Below the pieces are notes generated by a model that saw only the letters and a list, made by a program, of their open reading frames with translations, was not told where the DNA came from and did no database searches. The position numbers and the translations under genes were made by a program. Shown here piece by piece: positions 1 to 11,227 of a stretch of DNA of 64,000 nucleotides (the stretch's first letter is position 1; each line of letters opens with the position of its first letter). Origin of the DNA: Monocercomonoides exilis PA203 (lineage: Eukaryota; Protista; Preaxostyla); assembly GCA_001643675.2 (NCBI GenBank), contig LSRY02000011.1, positions 310,001-374,000 on the forward strand. The letters run 5' to 3'.

Positions 1-917
1 CATAGGTAAAAGAAGGAAGAAAAGAAAGATAAAGAAGTCATTAATAAATGAAATAATGCAAACGTTTTCAACTGCGCAGAACAATTTAGCAAAACAAGAT
101 GGTTTTTTGACAATGCGAATACATGACTGGCTTCTTTCAAAAGATATTATAGTTGTACTCGATGTATACAACATCACAGCCTTTTTAAAAAAAAACACTA
201 AGTTTTATAAAAGCTTAATAGATTTTACACACAAGAACAATATCAATGGCGAAGGCGAAGGCAAAAAACCCCTAAACAAACAAATCAAAAATAAAAAAAA
301 TTCAAAAAGCATACAACAATCGACCAAGTGTTGGCAATAATGCATATCAAAGCAAAAATTGGTATTTCCAGAAAAAATATTATTAGTGAAACAATACACG
401 GAACACAGTTCGTTGCATCTTTCATTCGCAAAACAAGGGAAAGAAATTCAATTCACCAAAGAAAAAAATATGCATCATACGTTTTAGTACAGGATCGCCC
501 ATTTTCATGTGTTCTCTCTGACTTCACAAAGGAAGTACAGATGAAACAAATCTGTACAAATTGTTGATGTCTCTATGGGATTCGATCATTAATTTCTAAA
601 AAGATTCTGTTTTTCAAATATATAATCGTTTCACAAATGAATAACCTAATTCAATTGCAAAAGGAAGATAAACGTCATCTTTTTAATAAAATGACAAAAG
701 CTCCAATTGAGAAATGAATGAAGGAATAAAACATAATAATGAGTTGAATATATAAAAGAAATTTTTTTTATAGATTTCTAATATTTTGTGCGAAAATTCT
801 ATAAAAATCTCACTGAAAAGATTTTGAACAATTAAAATATTATACCCTTTAAAAATATAAAATTGTGCCGTTCGTTTTAAATATTGAGAATTAAATATTG
901 AAAACACATGTTTTGGA

Positions 918-2175
918 ATGAAGGTCACATTTAAGGTTATTGGAAAGGATACAGCTCAAATGGACGTTGCTCCAGAAGACACAATTTTGATTATCAAACA
1001 TCGACTTGAACTTATGATTGATGCAAAAGCTTCTCACCAAACTTTTATTTTCAAAGGACGAATTTTGGAAAATGAATCACGAATCGAGAATTGTGGACTT
1101 GTTTGATTTGTGCATTTTCATTTATATTTCTCTAATTCAAATATTCAGGTGGAAAGATCAATTATCATCGTGAGGGTGAAAGATGTTTGTAAATTATTTC
1201 ATTATCTTTTTTTCATATTTCTTACAACAACCAGCCCAACTACACTCCTCCTGAAGAAGGAATCGTTCTGGATCCTCTTGGAATTGGAGAGACAGATTAT
1301 ACTTCAAAAACGTTTGAATATTTTGTAAATTACATTTTTAATAGATAAGTTGCTATTAAAGGGACGACGATAAAGAAAAACTTCCTCCCCCTCCTAAAAT
1401 TTTGAAAAAATCAGAAACAAAGGAAGACGAACAGGATCAAGGAAATGCAAATCCCTTTGCACCTGCTTTCCCATTTGGACCATTTCCCTTTGCGAACAGA
1501 CCACAACGAAATATAAGGCCAATGCCAATTTACCAGCCACCTAGGCGTCATCAACAACGCGACCAACCAGTTCTGCAAGATATTTTAAATCTTCCTGAAG
1601 AACGTGAAGTTCAGATTTCTGAGGAAGAATTTGCAAAGCGATTGAAAGAACTTGTTGATGAAATGGGATTTAATCAGAAAGCAGCCACAACAGCATTGAG
1701 AAGTACAAATGGCAACACAGAGGAAGCGATCGATGTGTTAATTACTCAAGCCAGTGTCGGAGTTATTGATAACGTTGAAGACGATCAAGAAGTGAACAAT
1801 GCTGGTGAACGTAACAGAAGAAATAGAGATAAAGCAATCTTTGTGATAATAAATCAAACAGCAGACGAAAATAAAAAGGGAGAAGAGGAGAGGAAAGAAA
1901 AAAAGGAAGAAAAAGAGGAAAAAGAAAAAAACGATGAAAAGGAAGAAAAGGAAGAAAAGCCAGAAAAGTCAGAAAAACCAGAAAAGCCAGAAGCAGATGA
2001 TGAACCTATTTTCAAACGGACCAATGCTGGCACAGAGATCCGTGTTACAAAAGAGGACAAAGAGCAGATTGATCAGCTTGTGTCGCTCGCTGAAGTGCAG
2101 CCTCTGCGCGCGGCCGAAGCATATTTTGCATGTGGAAAATCAATTGAAGATGCAGTCAATTTCTTATTCAGCTGA
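918..2175 (+). CDS. RAD23: RAD23-like UBL-UBA proteasome shuttle protein (3 introns: ~1101-1148, ~1185-1234, ~1311-1360)
   Basis: Exon 1 encodes a ubiquitin-like domain (MKVTFKVIG...QTFIFKGRILEN). There is a central UBA (EMGFNQKAATTALRSTNGNTEEAIDVL) and a C-terminal RAD23-type UBA2 (VTKEDKEQIDQLVSL...AYFACGKSIEDAVNFLF). Manual GT-AG splicing joins the ORF pieces in frame. Confidence 0.8.
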
Positions 2176-2778
2176 AAGACGGAACTTTGCTTGAAAGAGA
2201 AATCTTATTGAACATGGCTGGATGAAATATGTATTTCAACACATTTTATAATTTGCTTGCAATGTTCTGTTTCATGCTAATAGATTCAATTGCCGAGTGA
2301 ATTTTGAAGCATCATTCGTTTTTAAATCACTAACACTTTATTTGTCTTTTTGTGAGTTTCATTTTTGCGCAATTTTTGAATTCGTCATTAACTTGAGGCA
2401 TTTTCGATGCCTTTTTTAAAGAATTCCTTTAGCGGGCAGAAAAACGTGAGTGCATTGATAATTTCATATTTGACCTTTAATAATCCTTTTTGTACTCAGA
2501 TATTTGAAATTTATGCAAAGCATGATAACGCACAGGATGCTTCATTGTTGAGAAATGTGGAAGAAATGAGAAGATAATGAAAAATACACACAAAAAACAT
2601 TGGTGGTAAATTTAAAATAGGAAATAAACTGCTTGAGACTAAGCGGAGAATATATATACATATGGCATAACCATTCTCAAAGGTTTGTGCTTTAACACAA
2701 ACAAAAGGCTAAAAGAATCAGATTTGCCATAAGTGTATACGATAAATTAAAACAGATCCATGAATAATTTGATAAGAT

Positions 2779-4301
2779 TTATTCTGAGAAATAAGGATGA
2801 GAAAGAGCCTCTTTCACAGAAATACGCTTTGCTGGGTCATAAGTCAGCATTTTCTAAAGAAAAATTCATAGAAACAGCATATTCAAAATTATGAATCATT
2901 AACAATCAACAGATAAAAGCATAGAAATAAGAACGTTCGCGCAAAAATGAAGAATAAAAAAATAAAAATTCAATAAAAAACAAACTCTGAGTAAATCAAT
3001 TCCATTGGGGCTGAGATTTGGGCACAGCTCAGCCAAGTTCTTAGGGCGCCATTGAGGAAAGACAGGACGCCAATCAGGAAGTTGGGATACTCCTGGCCAC
3101 ATTGTTTCATTTGGAGTTCCGCAGATTCTGAATAATTTCATTGAAAAAATTAGTTTTATTTTTTTATAATTTAATAACAACTTTGATGATAAACACACTG
3201 GAAAATGTGATAAAGTTGATCAATCTCAGAGTCTCCCTTAAAGAAAGGCTTTCCGTTTGACATCTCAGCGAAGATGCAGCCAATTCCCCAGACATCAACT
3301 GGTAATGAATAAAGCTTACTGCCAAGAAGCACCTCAGGTGGTCGATACCATCTTTGCATAGCATATTTTAAAAATATACATATCACATAAATATGGAACA
3401 AAATTTTTTTGATTACAAATTTGTAAAAGAAACAATTGAATGGAAGAATCTATTGAAAAATCACAATCAATTTCGAAACATACAATGTTACTATCTCGTG
3501 TGTATATGATCTCATTGGTATTGAATACATACGCGCCAATCTTTAAAATATAAAACAATATAAAATAATTTTAATTGATTCAAAAACAATTTTAAAATAC
3601 CCGAAATCACATATTTTTATGTTTCCAGAACGATCAACAAGCAAATTTTGTGGTTTTAAATCTCTGTGCATCATCCTTCTTGAATGACAATACAAAATTC
3701 CGCTTAAAAGTTGCTTTAAGTAAGACTACATTCCATGAGAATTAAAAAAAAAAGTTGTTTATCTTAATAAACATGAAATCCAAACTCTTACAAGATTGGC
3801 TGAAAGAAATGGAGTTCCAAGTTCTTTAAGCTTATCCATATATTTTTTAAGATCTTGTTCAAGATATTCAAACACCAGATACAAGTCATTTCCTTGATGA
3901 ATAATATCGAGAAGTCTTAACAATGTGAAAAATGAATGTCAAAAAAAATAAATAAAATAATAAAATCAAACCTAACAATATTTGGATGATCCAATTCTGT
4001 CAATGCAGCTACTTCACGAATTGCGGTTGATGGAACACCTTCTTCTTGTGTTTCCAAGCGGATCTTTTTCAGTGCAACGATCTCTCCTGTAGCCACTATT
4101 CTAGCTTTATACACAACACCATAAGTTCCCTCGCCAACTTTCTCAATGCGTTGATATCTCAAAAAGAGTAAAAAAGAAATAATATTTTTACGCGATTGTT
4201 TACATGAAAAAATACAAGTTAAAACACAATATTTCACAGAAATTCAAATTGTCGAATAGATAAATAAGTATTGGATACTTGTCAAGTGGTGATTTGATCA
4301 T
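2779..4301 (-). CDS. CDK1: Cyclin-dependent kinase, CDK1/cdc2 type (about 7 introns)
   Basis: Spliced exons give [89 protein letters not shown], and a C-terminus of [17 protein letters not shown]. The PSTAIRE helix is perfect. Confidence 0.93.
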
Positions 4302-4552
4302 TTATTCAGATTTTGCGAAATGGTTCAAATAAAATACAATTGAAGATTCAAATTGACTTTGCTAATAATGGGAAAGATCACAAAATCAAAATTTTTCTTT
4401 CACTCCGAATGGATTAATACAAATTACACAAAAATTTCTCATTGCTTTTTATGAAATATTGAAAGCCTTATACATTCATGTTTTCATTTTTGAAAACTAC
4501 GTTTTATCGCAAGTTTTTTTCTCAATCATTATTATAAAGGTAAATTTTTTTT

Positions 4553-5107
4553 ATGGCATATTATGTTAGAAGTTTAGTCAATGTACTTTATGGTAAATAT
4601 TTTCAAAAAAGGTCATCTTTTCTTGAAAAATATGTATGGAAAAGTAGAGTATCAATGCTGGATGTAGATAGGTCTTTGAAAGTGAATGATATCGGTTATT
4701 TACAGATAGCAGAACAAGCAAGATGGTCGTGGTCGTCTTGCTGTAATTTACTTGGCCTTCTTTCTCAAAAGAAAGCATCTCCCGTTGTTTCACTTATATC
4801 GTGCAATATTAAGCAACCTCTTTATCTTTTCCAATCTTTTTCAGTGATTTGCAAAGTTGTTCACGTTGATGACAAAGCCTTTTACGTCACACAAAAATTT
4901 ATTGCTAATGATTCAAATTCTGCAACGCTTTTCATTAAATTGCAGTTGGCAACAAAGCATGGAGTGATTAATCCATTAGAATTATTTCATACAATTTACC
5001 CGACATATACGGTTCCTAGAATGGAAATTGAAAATCAAAAGAACGCACTTCAGACGTTTTATGTCCTAGAATCTTATCTCCTTGAAAAACCAATGAAGTA
5101 CTCATAA
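4553..5107 (+). CDS. Hotdog-fold thioesterase-like protein (THEM6/4HBT-like)
   Basis: Intronless 184-aa ORF. SRVSMLDVDRSLKVNDIGYLQIAEQAR fits the R-V-x3-D-x-D-x4-N-N-x2-Y-x4-E-x-A-R pattern, and it is followed by the PLYLFQSF...VDDKAFYVTQKF strands typical of this family. Confidence 0.65.
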   Translation: MAYYVRSLVNVLYGKYFQKRSSFLEKYVWKSRVSMLDVDRSLKVNDIGYLQIAEQARWSWSSCCNLLGLLSQKKASPVVSLISCNIKQPLYLFQSFSVICKVVHVDDKAFYVTQKFIANDSNSATLFIKLQLATKHGVINPLELFHTIYPTYTVPRMEIENQKNALQTFYVLESYLLEKPMKYS

Positions 5108-6492
5108 AATGGAAATTTAGACTGTTTAACTTGTTCAAGAAAGATCAGGCGAAATCATTGTTTATAAACAATTTTTTTTTTCGCTTAGCTTACAAGTCCA
5201 TTGCTATAATAATGTGAAACTTATGTTTAACTTATTCATTTCTCGGAGTTAGCCTTATATCTTTTTCTTTGTTCAGAATGTTTTTATTAGTTGATTCTTT
5301 ACACAATTTTATGAAAATGCATGCATTTTAATAAAGCTTTTGAAAGGTGGATTTTGTTTGTTTTTATTATTTTATTTTATTTTTCTATTAATTTTTTTTG
5401 TTTATTTATTCTATTTTAAAAAAATATGAACTGAATTTCTCAATTTTATACACAAATAATAAATAATGAAAAATAACAATGTAAACTCAAACAAAAAAAA
5501 AGAAGTAATTCACGAACAAACAAATGAAATTGAATGCAGATAAAAACAATTGAAAAAGAAAGCACTAAATGAAAAATGCAGAAAGGTTAAAAAAAAAACC
5601 ACACAAAATATCAATTGTGCACCAAAAAATGTTGGTTAACCATATTTTTCATTTATAGATGCTGAAGTGAACCTCCAAAACGTTAGCATATTTCATTGAC
5701 AGCCCAAGAGTGCAACATACTCAGGTTAGCATTCACAGAAATCAAACCGTATACTAAAAATTCGCTAAACACAATCATATTCACTCATAAACTCAGATGA
5801 CAAGCAAAGCTCAAAACAACAAATTATCATCGCACTAACAGAAACGTAACATAAGCAGCAGAGAAAATCCAACTGATGAGTTACAACCGAAAAGGAGCGA
5901 ATTATAAACACAAAAAGCTCAAATAACACAATGTAACATAAAGAAGCAATTATGCATACATAGTCTTTTATTATTATTATTATCATTATTATGAAGATGA
6001 TTATTTCTTAATAAAATAATAAAGCAAAGAGAACGAGATAATTTGCAATGAAACGCACAAGCACACAAGCACATAATCACACACACAAAAAGACAGAAAT
6101 ATGGCATAGCTACTTTCAGTGCAAGGCACAAACACACAGTCAGACAACTGAACTGCTCAGATAGTTCAGTTTAACAGTTAATAATGTCAGTGAAATCAGA
6201 AGAGAACACATCGACAGGAAAGATTATGCTGATTGCATAGGCATCAATAGCACACACCACACACCACACACCACACACATACTTCACATTCTCACATTGA
6301 CAATGTTCATTTATTTATTTATTAATTTATTCATTCATTAATTAATTCATTTATCATAATTTCACATATATTTCTATGCAATGATAGAAATAGACAAGAG
6401 AAATTGATATCGAGAAATCGAAACAGAGAAGAGATAAAGAGACAAAGAGAATGATACAAAAACGTTGATGTATCCAGCAACAACTGAGGAGC

Positions 6493-8860
6493 TTACTGTG
6501 GAGTGATTGGAGAGACCGAGTGGGAGAGCTCAGAGGTGGGAGAGACGCTGAAGTGGGCAGAGCGGTCGTCGGTGGACGTCTGCTGCGATGGCGTGGGCGA
6601 GGCAGACGAGTACGACGACAGCACAGTCTCCGACGAGAGCGGCCGCGACGCAAACGAGGGAGACGGCGAGGGAGACGACAGATCGTCACTCGAATGACTC
6701 GAGTGCGAAGAGACAAAGGAGCCGGGAGTCGCTGAACTCGGAGGTGGCTGAGGTTGAGGCTGAGGTTGAATCTGCGTCTGAATCTGAGTCTGCGGCATAG
6801 ACTGAGACTGAGACTGAGACTGAGATTGTGATTGAGGTTGCTGTTGTTGCTGTTGTTGAGCAGCAGAACTGGCAATCAGAAAGGAAGGAGACTGAGACGA
6901 GGGCTGCTGCACAAAGGAAGCAGCATTCCTGTTGGCTGCCTGGGCAGATGAGGTGAGAGTAGAGGGAACAACAGCGTATGGATACTTGACATACTGCACA
7001 GGAGCATCAGACGCAGCAGACAGAAGCGAAAGAGGCACTGTCTTGCCAAACATCTGTTGTTGTTGCTGTTGCTGTTGTTGCTGTGGCTGTGGCTGTGGCT
7101 GTTGCTGTGACTGGTGATGCATCGCAGAGTTCTGCGACACAAACATCGATTGATTCGAATGCTCATCACTTCGCCACGATCTTCCTCTTCCTTTGCCTCC
7201 TCCTCCTCCTCCTCCTCCATTTCCACTCCCGTTTCCTGCTGATGCATTTCCACTGTTGCCGTTATTACCTCCACCACCTCCTCTCCTCCATCCTCTTCCT
7301 CTCCCTTCGCCCACCCCATCTCCTCCTCTCTCAAATTCTCTGTTCCTCTCTCTTCCCCTCCCAAACTCCCTATCCCTATCCTTGTCTCTGTCTCTATCCC
7401 TTTCCCTCTCCTTCTCCCTCTCTCTCTCCTTCTCATGCTCTCCTGCCTTCTCTCTGCTCCCCATCCCCATCTCCTCCGCCGTGTGTGGTGGCGTCGGTGG
7501 GTCTGGCCTCTGCATCGGCTGTCTCAGCAGCGCAGCCTCCATGTTCTGTATGCGCATTGCAATGTGCTTCGGAAGCACTCTTCTTCCCTCAGACGTCACC
7601 TCAGACACAGCCAGGCGCATCTCGGAATGCAGCGCCCGCTTCGTCTCTGCATCAGCATAGTCGAAGATGCGCTGTGCCACGTAGTTGCCAAAGAGGTCAA
7701 AGACAAGAAAGAGAAGAGCATTGGTGGTGTGCGGGGTGAAGTGTGTGCTGCTGCCGCCGTCAGATGCTGTTGTGAATGGAGGAGGATACGACCGAATCTC
7801 TGAGATGATCTTGCTGCGCTGGCTGGGCGGGGAGAAGATGATGCACTTCTCAATCGCGTTGGAGGAGAACTTGTGTGTCGACAAAAGGAAGAAGTGGCCC
7901 CTCAGCGCATTGATGATGATCGTTCTGATCTCGTCTGAGCAGAACACCATCACGTGCTGCACCACATAGTTCCCGTACTGGCTCTTGATCACCTCAATGA
8001 TGTTAGGAATGAGCGAGTCCACAATCTGCTTCTGCTGCGCGTCTGTTCCATGCTCCAGCAGCCGCTGCAAAATGCGGCAGCCATATGTGTGCATGGCAAT
8101 GTCAGCAGGATTGTTCTCCAGCACAAACGCAATGACTGGCTGCAGATGCTCTGGGGTGATGGCAGAGGAGGCGATGCACCGCTGGATCACGTGGTTTGCA
8201 TTCTGATCTTGAATGCACTCGATCGTGTGGGGAAACAGCTCCACCGCCAGCACACGCGACAGATTGCTGAACCCTCTCTCCACAGGCGACACGTGGCCTT
8301 TCCTCATTCCCATCGCCTGGGCACCCGGTGTGAGTGCAGGCTGTGCTCCCTTTGCCCCTCCTGCACAAACACCGTCAAGCCCATCAAACGCTCTCTGCAC
8401 CACACGACAGGCAAAAGGGTGCTTCGACAGCGCCAACATCTCCCCTATCATCGCCCTCGCTATGCCGTCCATCTGCTCCAGTGTGCCCACTTCGAAGAAC
8501 TTCTGCACGACGTAGTTGGCAAAGGGGTCCATGATGAGGGAGCGGATGAGGTGGTTGGAGATGCTCATCTCTTCAAACACCATCTGCCGGTCTGCCTCTG
8601 ACGCCGTGTCCATCAGCGTCTGCACCACCCGCGAGCCCAGCTGGTCTGTCATGAAGTGCACCACATGCCCTTGCACAGAGGAGAGGCGTGTGAGCAAGCG
8701 GGGATTGCGACGGAACTCCTGGACAAGCGGATCGCGCATGGCTTCTTCCTGGAACGGGGTGGAGAGAGGGTGGGTGGAGAGGAGCTTCGAGGAAGTGGCG
8801 GTGCTTGTGGTGGAAGTGAATGCGGAGGAGGAGGAGGAAGTGGAGGAAGAAGAGGAAGAA

Positions 8861-8892
<32 letters not shown>

Positions 8893-10286
8893 AGAGGAGG
8901 AAGAAGAAGAAGAGGAATAAGAGGAAGAAGAGGTGGATGGATGTGCAGGTGATGATAAAGAAGACAAGGAAGAAGAAGAAGAGGAGGATGATGATGACGA
9001 AGACGAAGAAGAAGATGTGAGTGATGGTGAAGAAAAGGAATGCTCCGACGACGAGCCATTTGATTTGTCTGAAGATTCGATAGATGCCCCATTAAATGGC
9101 CGTTGTGACATTGAGCTTCCAGCATAATTCATTTCTGCTGAATGCAATGAATTAGTTGCCATGTTCTGTGATGAAGCTTGGAGCGAAGGCTGAGATGCCA
9201 TAGAAGCAGTTTGAGATGCAGAAGACTGGATAAGAGATGAAGAATTGTATGATTGGTGATTCTGTAGCGGCTGAGCAATACCATACACTTGCTGAGCCAG
9301 CGGAGGTGATGTTTGAACACTGTTATCTGGTGAAAACATTGTTGCTGGACCATATCCATAAGGAATCATTGGATTTCTCCCAGATGGAACTTGCTGAAGT
9401 GCCATCATACCTGGCTGTCCAGTATATTGATAACCAGATGATACAGGCGCATAGTACGGTGATCCTCCCATTCCTCCCACTGGATACAAAACCATTTGTG
9501 GAGCGGATGGGCTTTGTTGAGGTTGCAACGACGCAGTTGGTGCTTGAGGTTGCGGAGATCCAGTTGGAGAAGCTTGAACAAGTTGAGGAAGTGCGCTTCC
9601 CTGTGGATAAACAACGTATATAGTAGGAGAAGATGTGGACGCTGCTGTTGGTGGAGAACCGGTTTGCTGCATAGAAGTGACGATATAGGCACCAGGCAGA
9701 TTTGGACTTTGTCCAACTTGATTTATTGAGGGGCTTGTTGTTGGAGGAGATGCTCCTTGCGCAGTATATGCCATATCGCCACTGGATGATTCACAAGAAG
9801 AAAGATTTGAAGTAGAAGGAGAAGGATTTGTTCCAGAAGAAGATTGATTTTGAGAATTTGATTTATGGCCAAGAGGAAGAAATGAAGCTTGAGAAAAAGT
9901 AGAAGGTGCCGCCAGCTGAGGTGCAATATATCCTTGACCAATAGAAGGAGATTGAAATGGAGAGGCTGCAGGAGGTTGCCCAACAGCCATATTCTGAAGA
10001 TAAGGAGAAGTTGGCGAAATCAAGGGAAACTGCACTGTTGGGCTCCATGAAAATGCTCCGCCTGCGGGAACTTGCTGCATTTGTCCAGACATACCAATGA
10101 AAGGAGAATAATTTGGCATAACTCTTTTTAATATAAAAAATTTTTCGAGTATGTGTAATTTTTTAAAAATAAATTTGAAAGTAAAAATTTATACTCTCCA
10201 AGCGCTGGTGAGCTCAATGTTAAAGGAAGTGAAAGTACAGGTGGAGATTGACCAGATTGCAATCCAATTTGGGTCGGTTGGGACAT
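6493..10286 (-). CDS. PUM: Pumilio/PUF-family RNA-binding protein with 8 PUF repeats and long low-complexity termini
   Basis: Eight PUF repeats at ~7650-8700 (DQLGSRVVQ, DPFANYVVQ, HPFACRVVQ, DQNANHVIQ, HTYGCRILQ, SQYGNYVVQ, HKFSSNAIE, DLFGNYVAQ). An upstream exon (ATG 10286; intron 10194-10124) splices in frame to the 6493..10119 ORF. Confidence 0.92.
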
Positions 10287-11227
10287 GAGTATATTTCACA
10301 AATTGGAATTATGTGAGAAATAATTAAAAGAATGGTTAAAGTTTCGTACGCTTTGGTTTTGAGAAAAAGAACGACTATTTATTAATAAAATATTATATGA
10401 ATATGGAGTTTCATGGATGTTAATTATTATCTTCATATTTATACATTATTTTATTTTGTGAATGCTATTTGCTTTCACTCTGAGCTATCATGTTTTTTAA
10501 TTAATATATCTTAAAGTTAAATGATATGTTTATTTTAATGCTAATTTGTATTTTAAGTGAGTGTATTTTTAAAATTGGAAAAGCTCAAAACAACCACTTA
10601 AGTTTTTATTTTTTAAAAAATATTCGCTTTTTGAAAATTTTTTCGTTAAAGTTGCTTTTTTATAAATATCCTTTTTATTGCTAAATAGCAACATTGAAAG
10701 CAAGTTATTGTTTTTGGATTCGAGATCGCTAATAGAGAAATTGTGGATATTCTTTTGTAAAGAGTGATTCCACTTTTTCAAAGTTGAAAGGGAATATAAA
10801 TAAATTACCTAACTTTTCTGTTTTTGAATTTCTTTTTGTAATATCTATTTATTCCTGATATTTTTCTCTTTAAAAAGCACTTTTTATGCAAATTCTTAGA
10901 TACATAAGAATTGATTTCTTCAATTTGTTAAATGTTTAATGAGCATGACGCAAGTGGTAAATGCAAAGGAAGTTTTTTTTCCTTGATAAAAATAATAGTA
11001 CTCATACCATAAAATAGGAAAAAGCACCAAAGTGGACTAATGGACTATTAAAGGCTCAAATAAAGAATATGTCAGTAATTGAGAAATTAATTGATATATC
11101 TTCCTAAACAAATAAAATCAATATTTTAGACAATCAAAATAATAAAGTATTTGAGAGAAAAAGAATTATTGTGTACAACCATAATGCATTAGTCACTTCT
11201 GAAATATTCTCATTCATTCAATAGCTC

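Noticed and set aside
1-917. Short ORFs at the window start
   Set aside because: AT-rich with no recognisable motifs or convincing splice pattern. They cannot be supported as genes.
6354-9983. Numerous overlapping and antisense ORFs across the PUF gene
   Set aside because: They are shadows of GC-rich, low-complexity codons and carry no independent domains.
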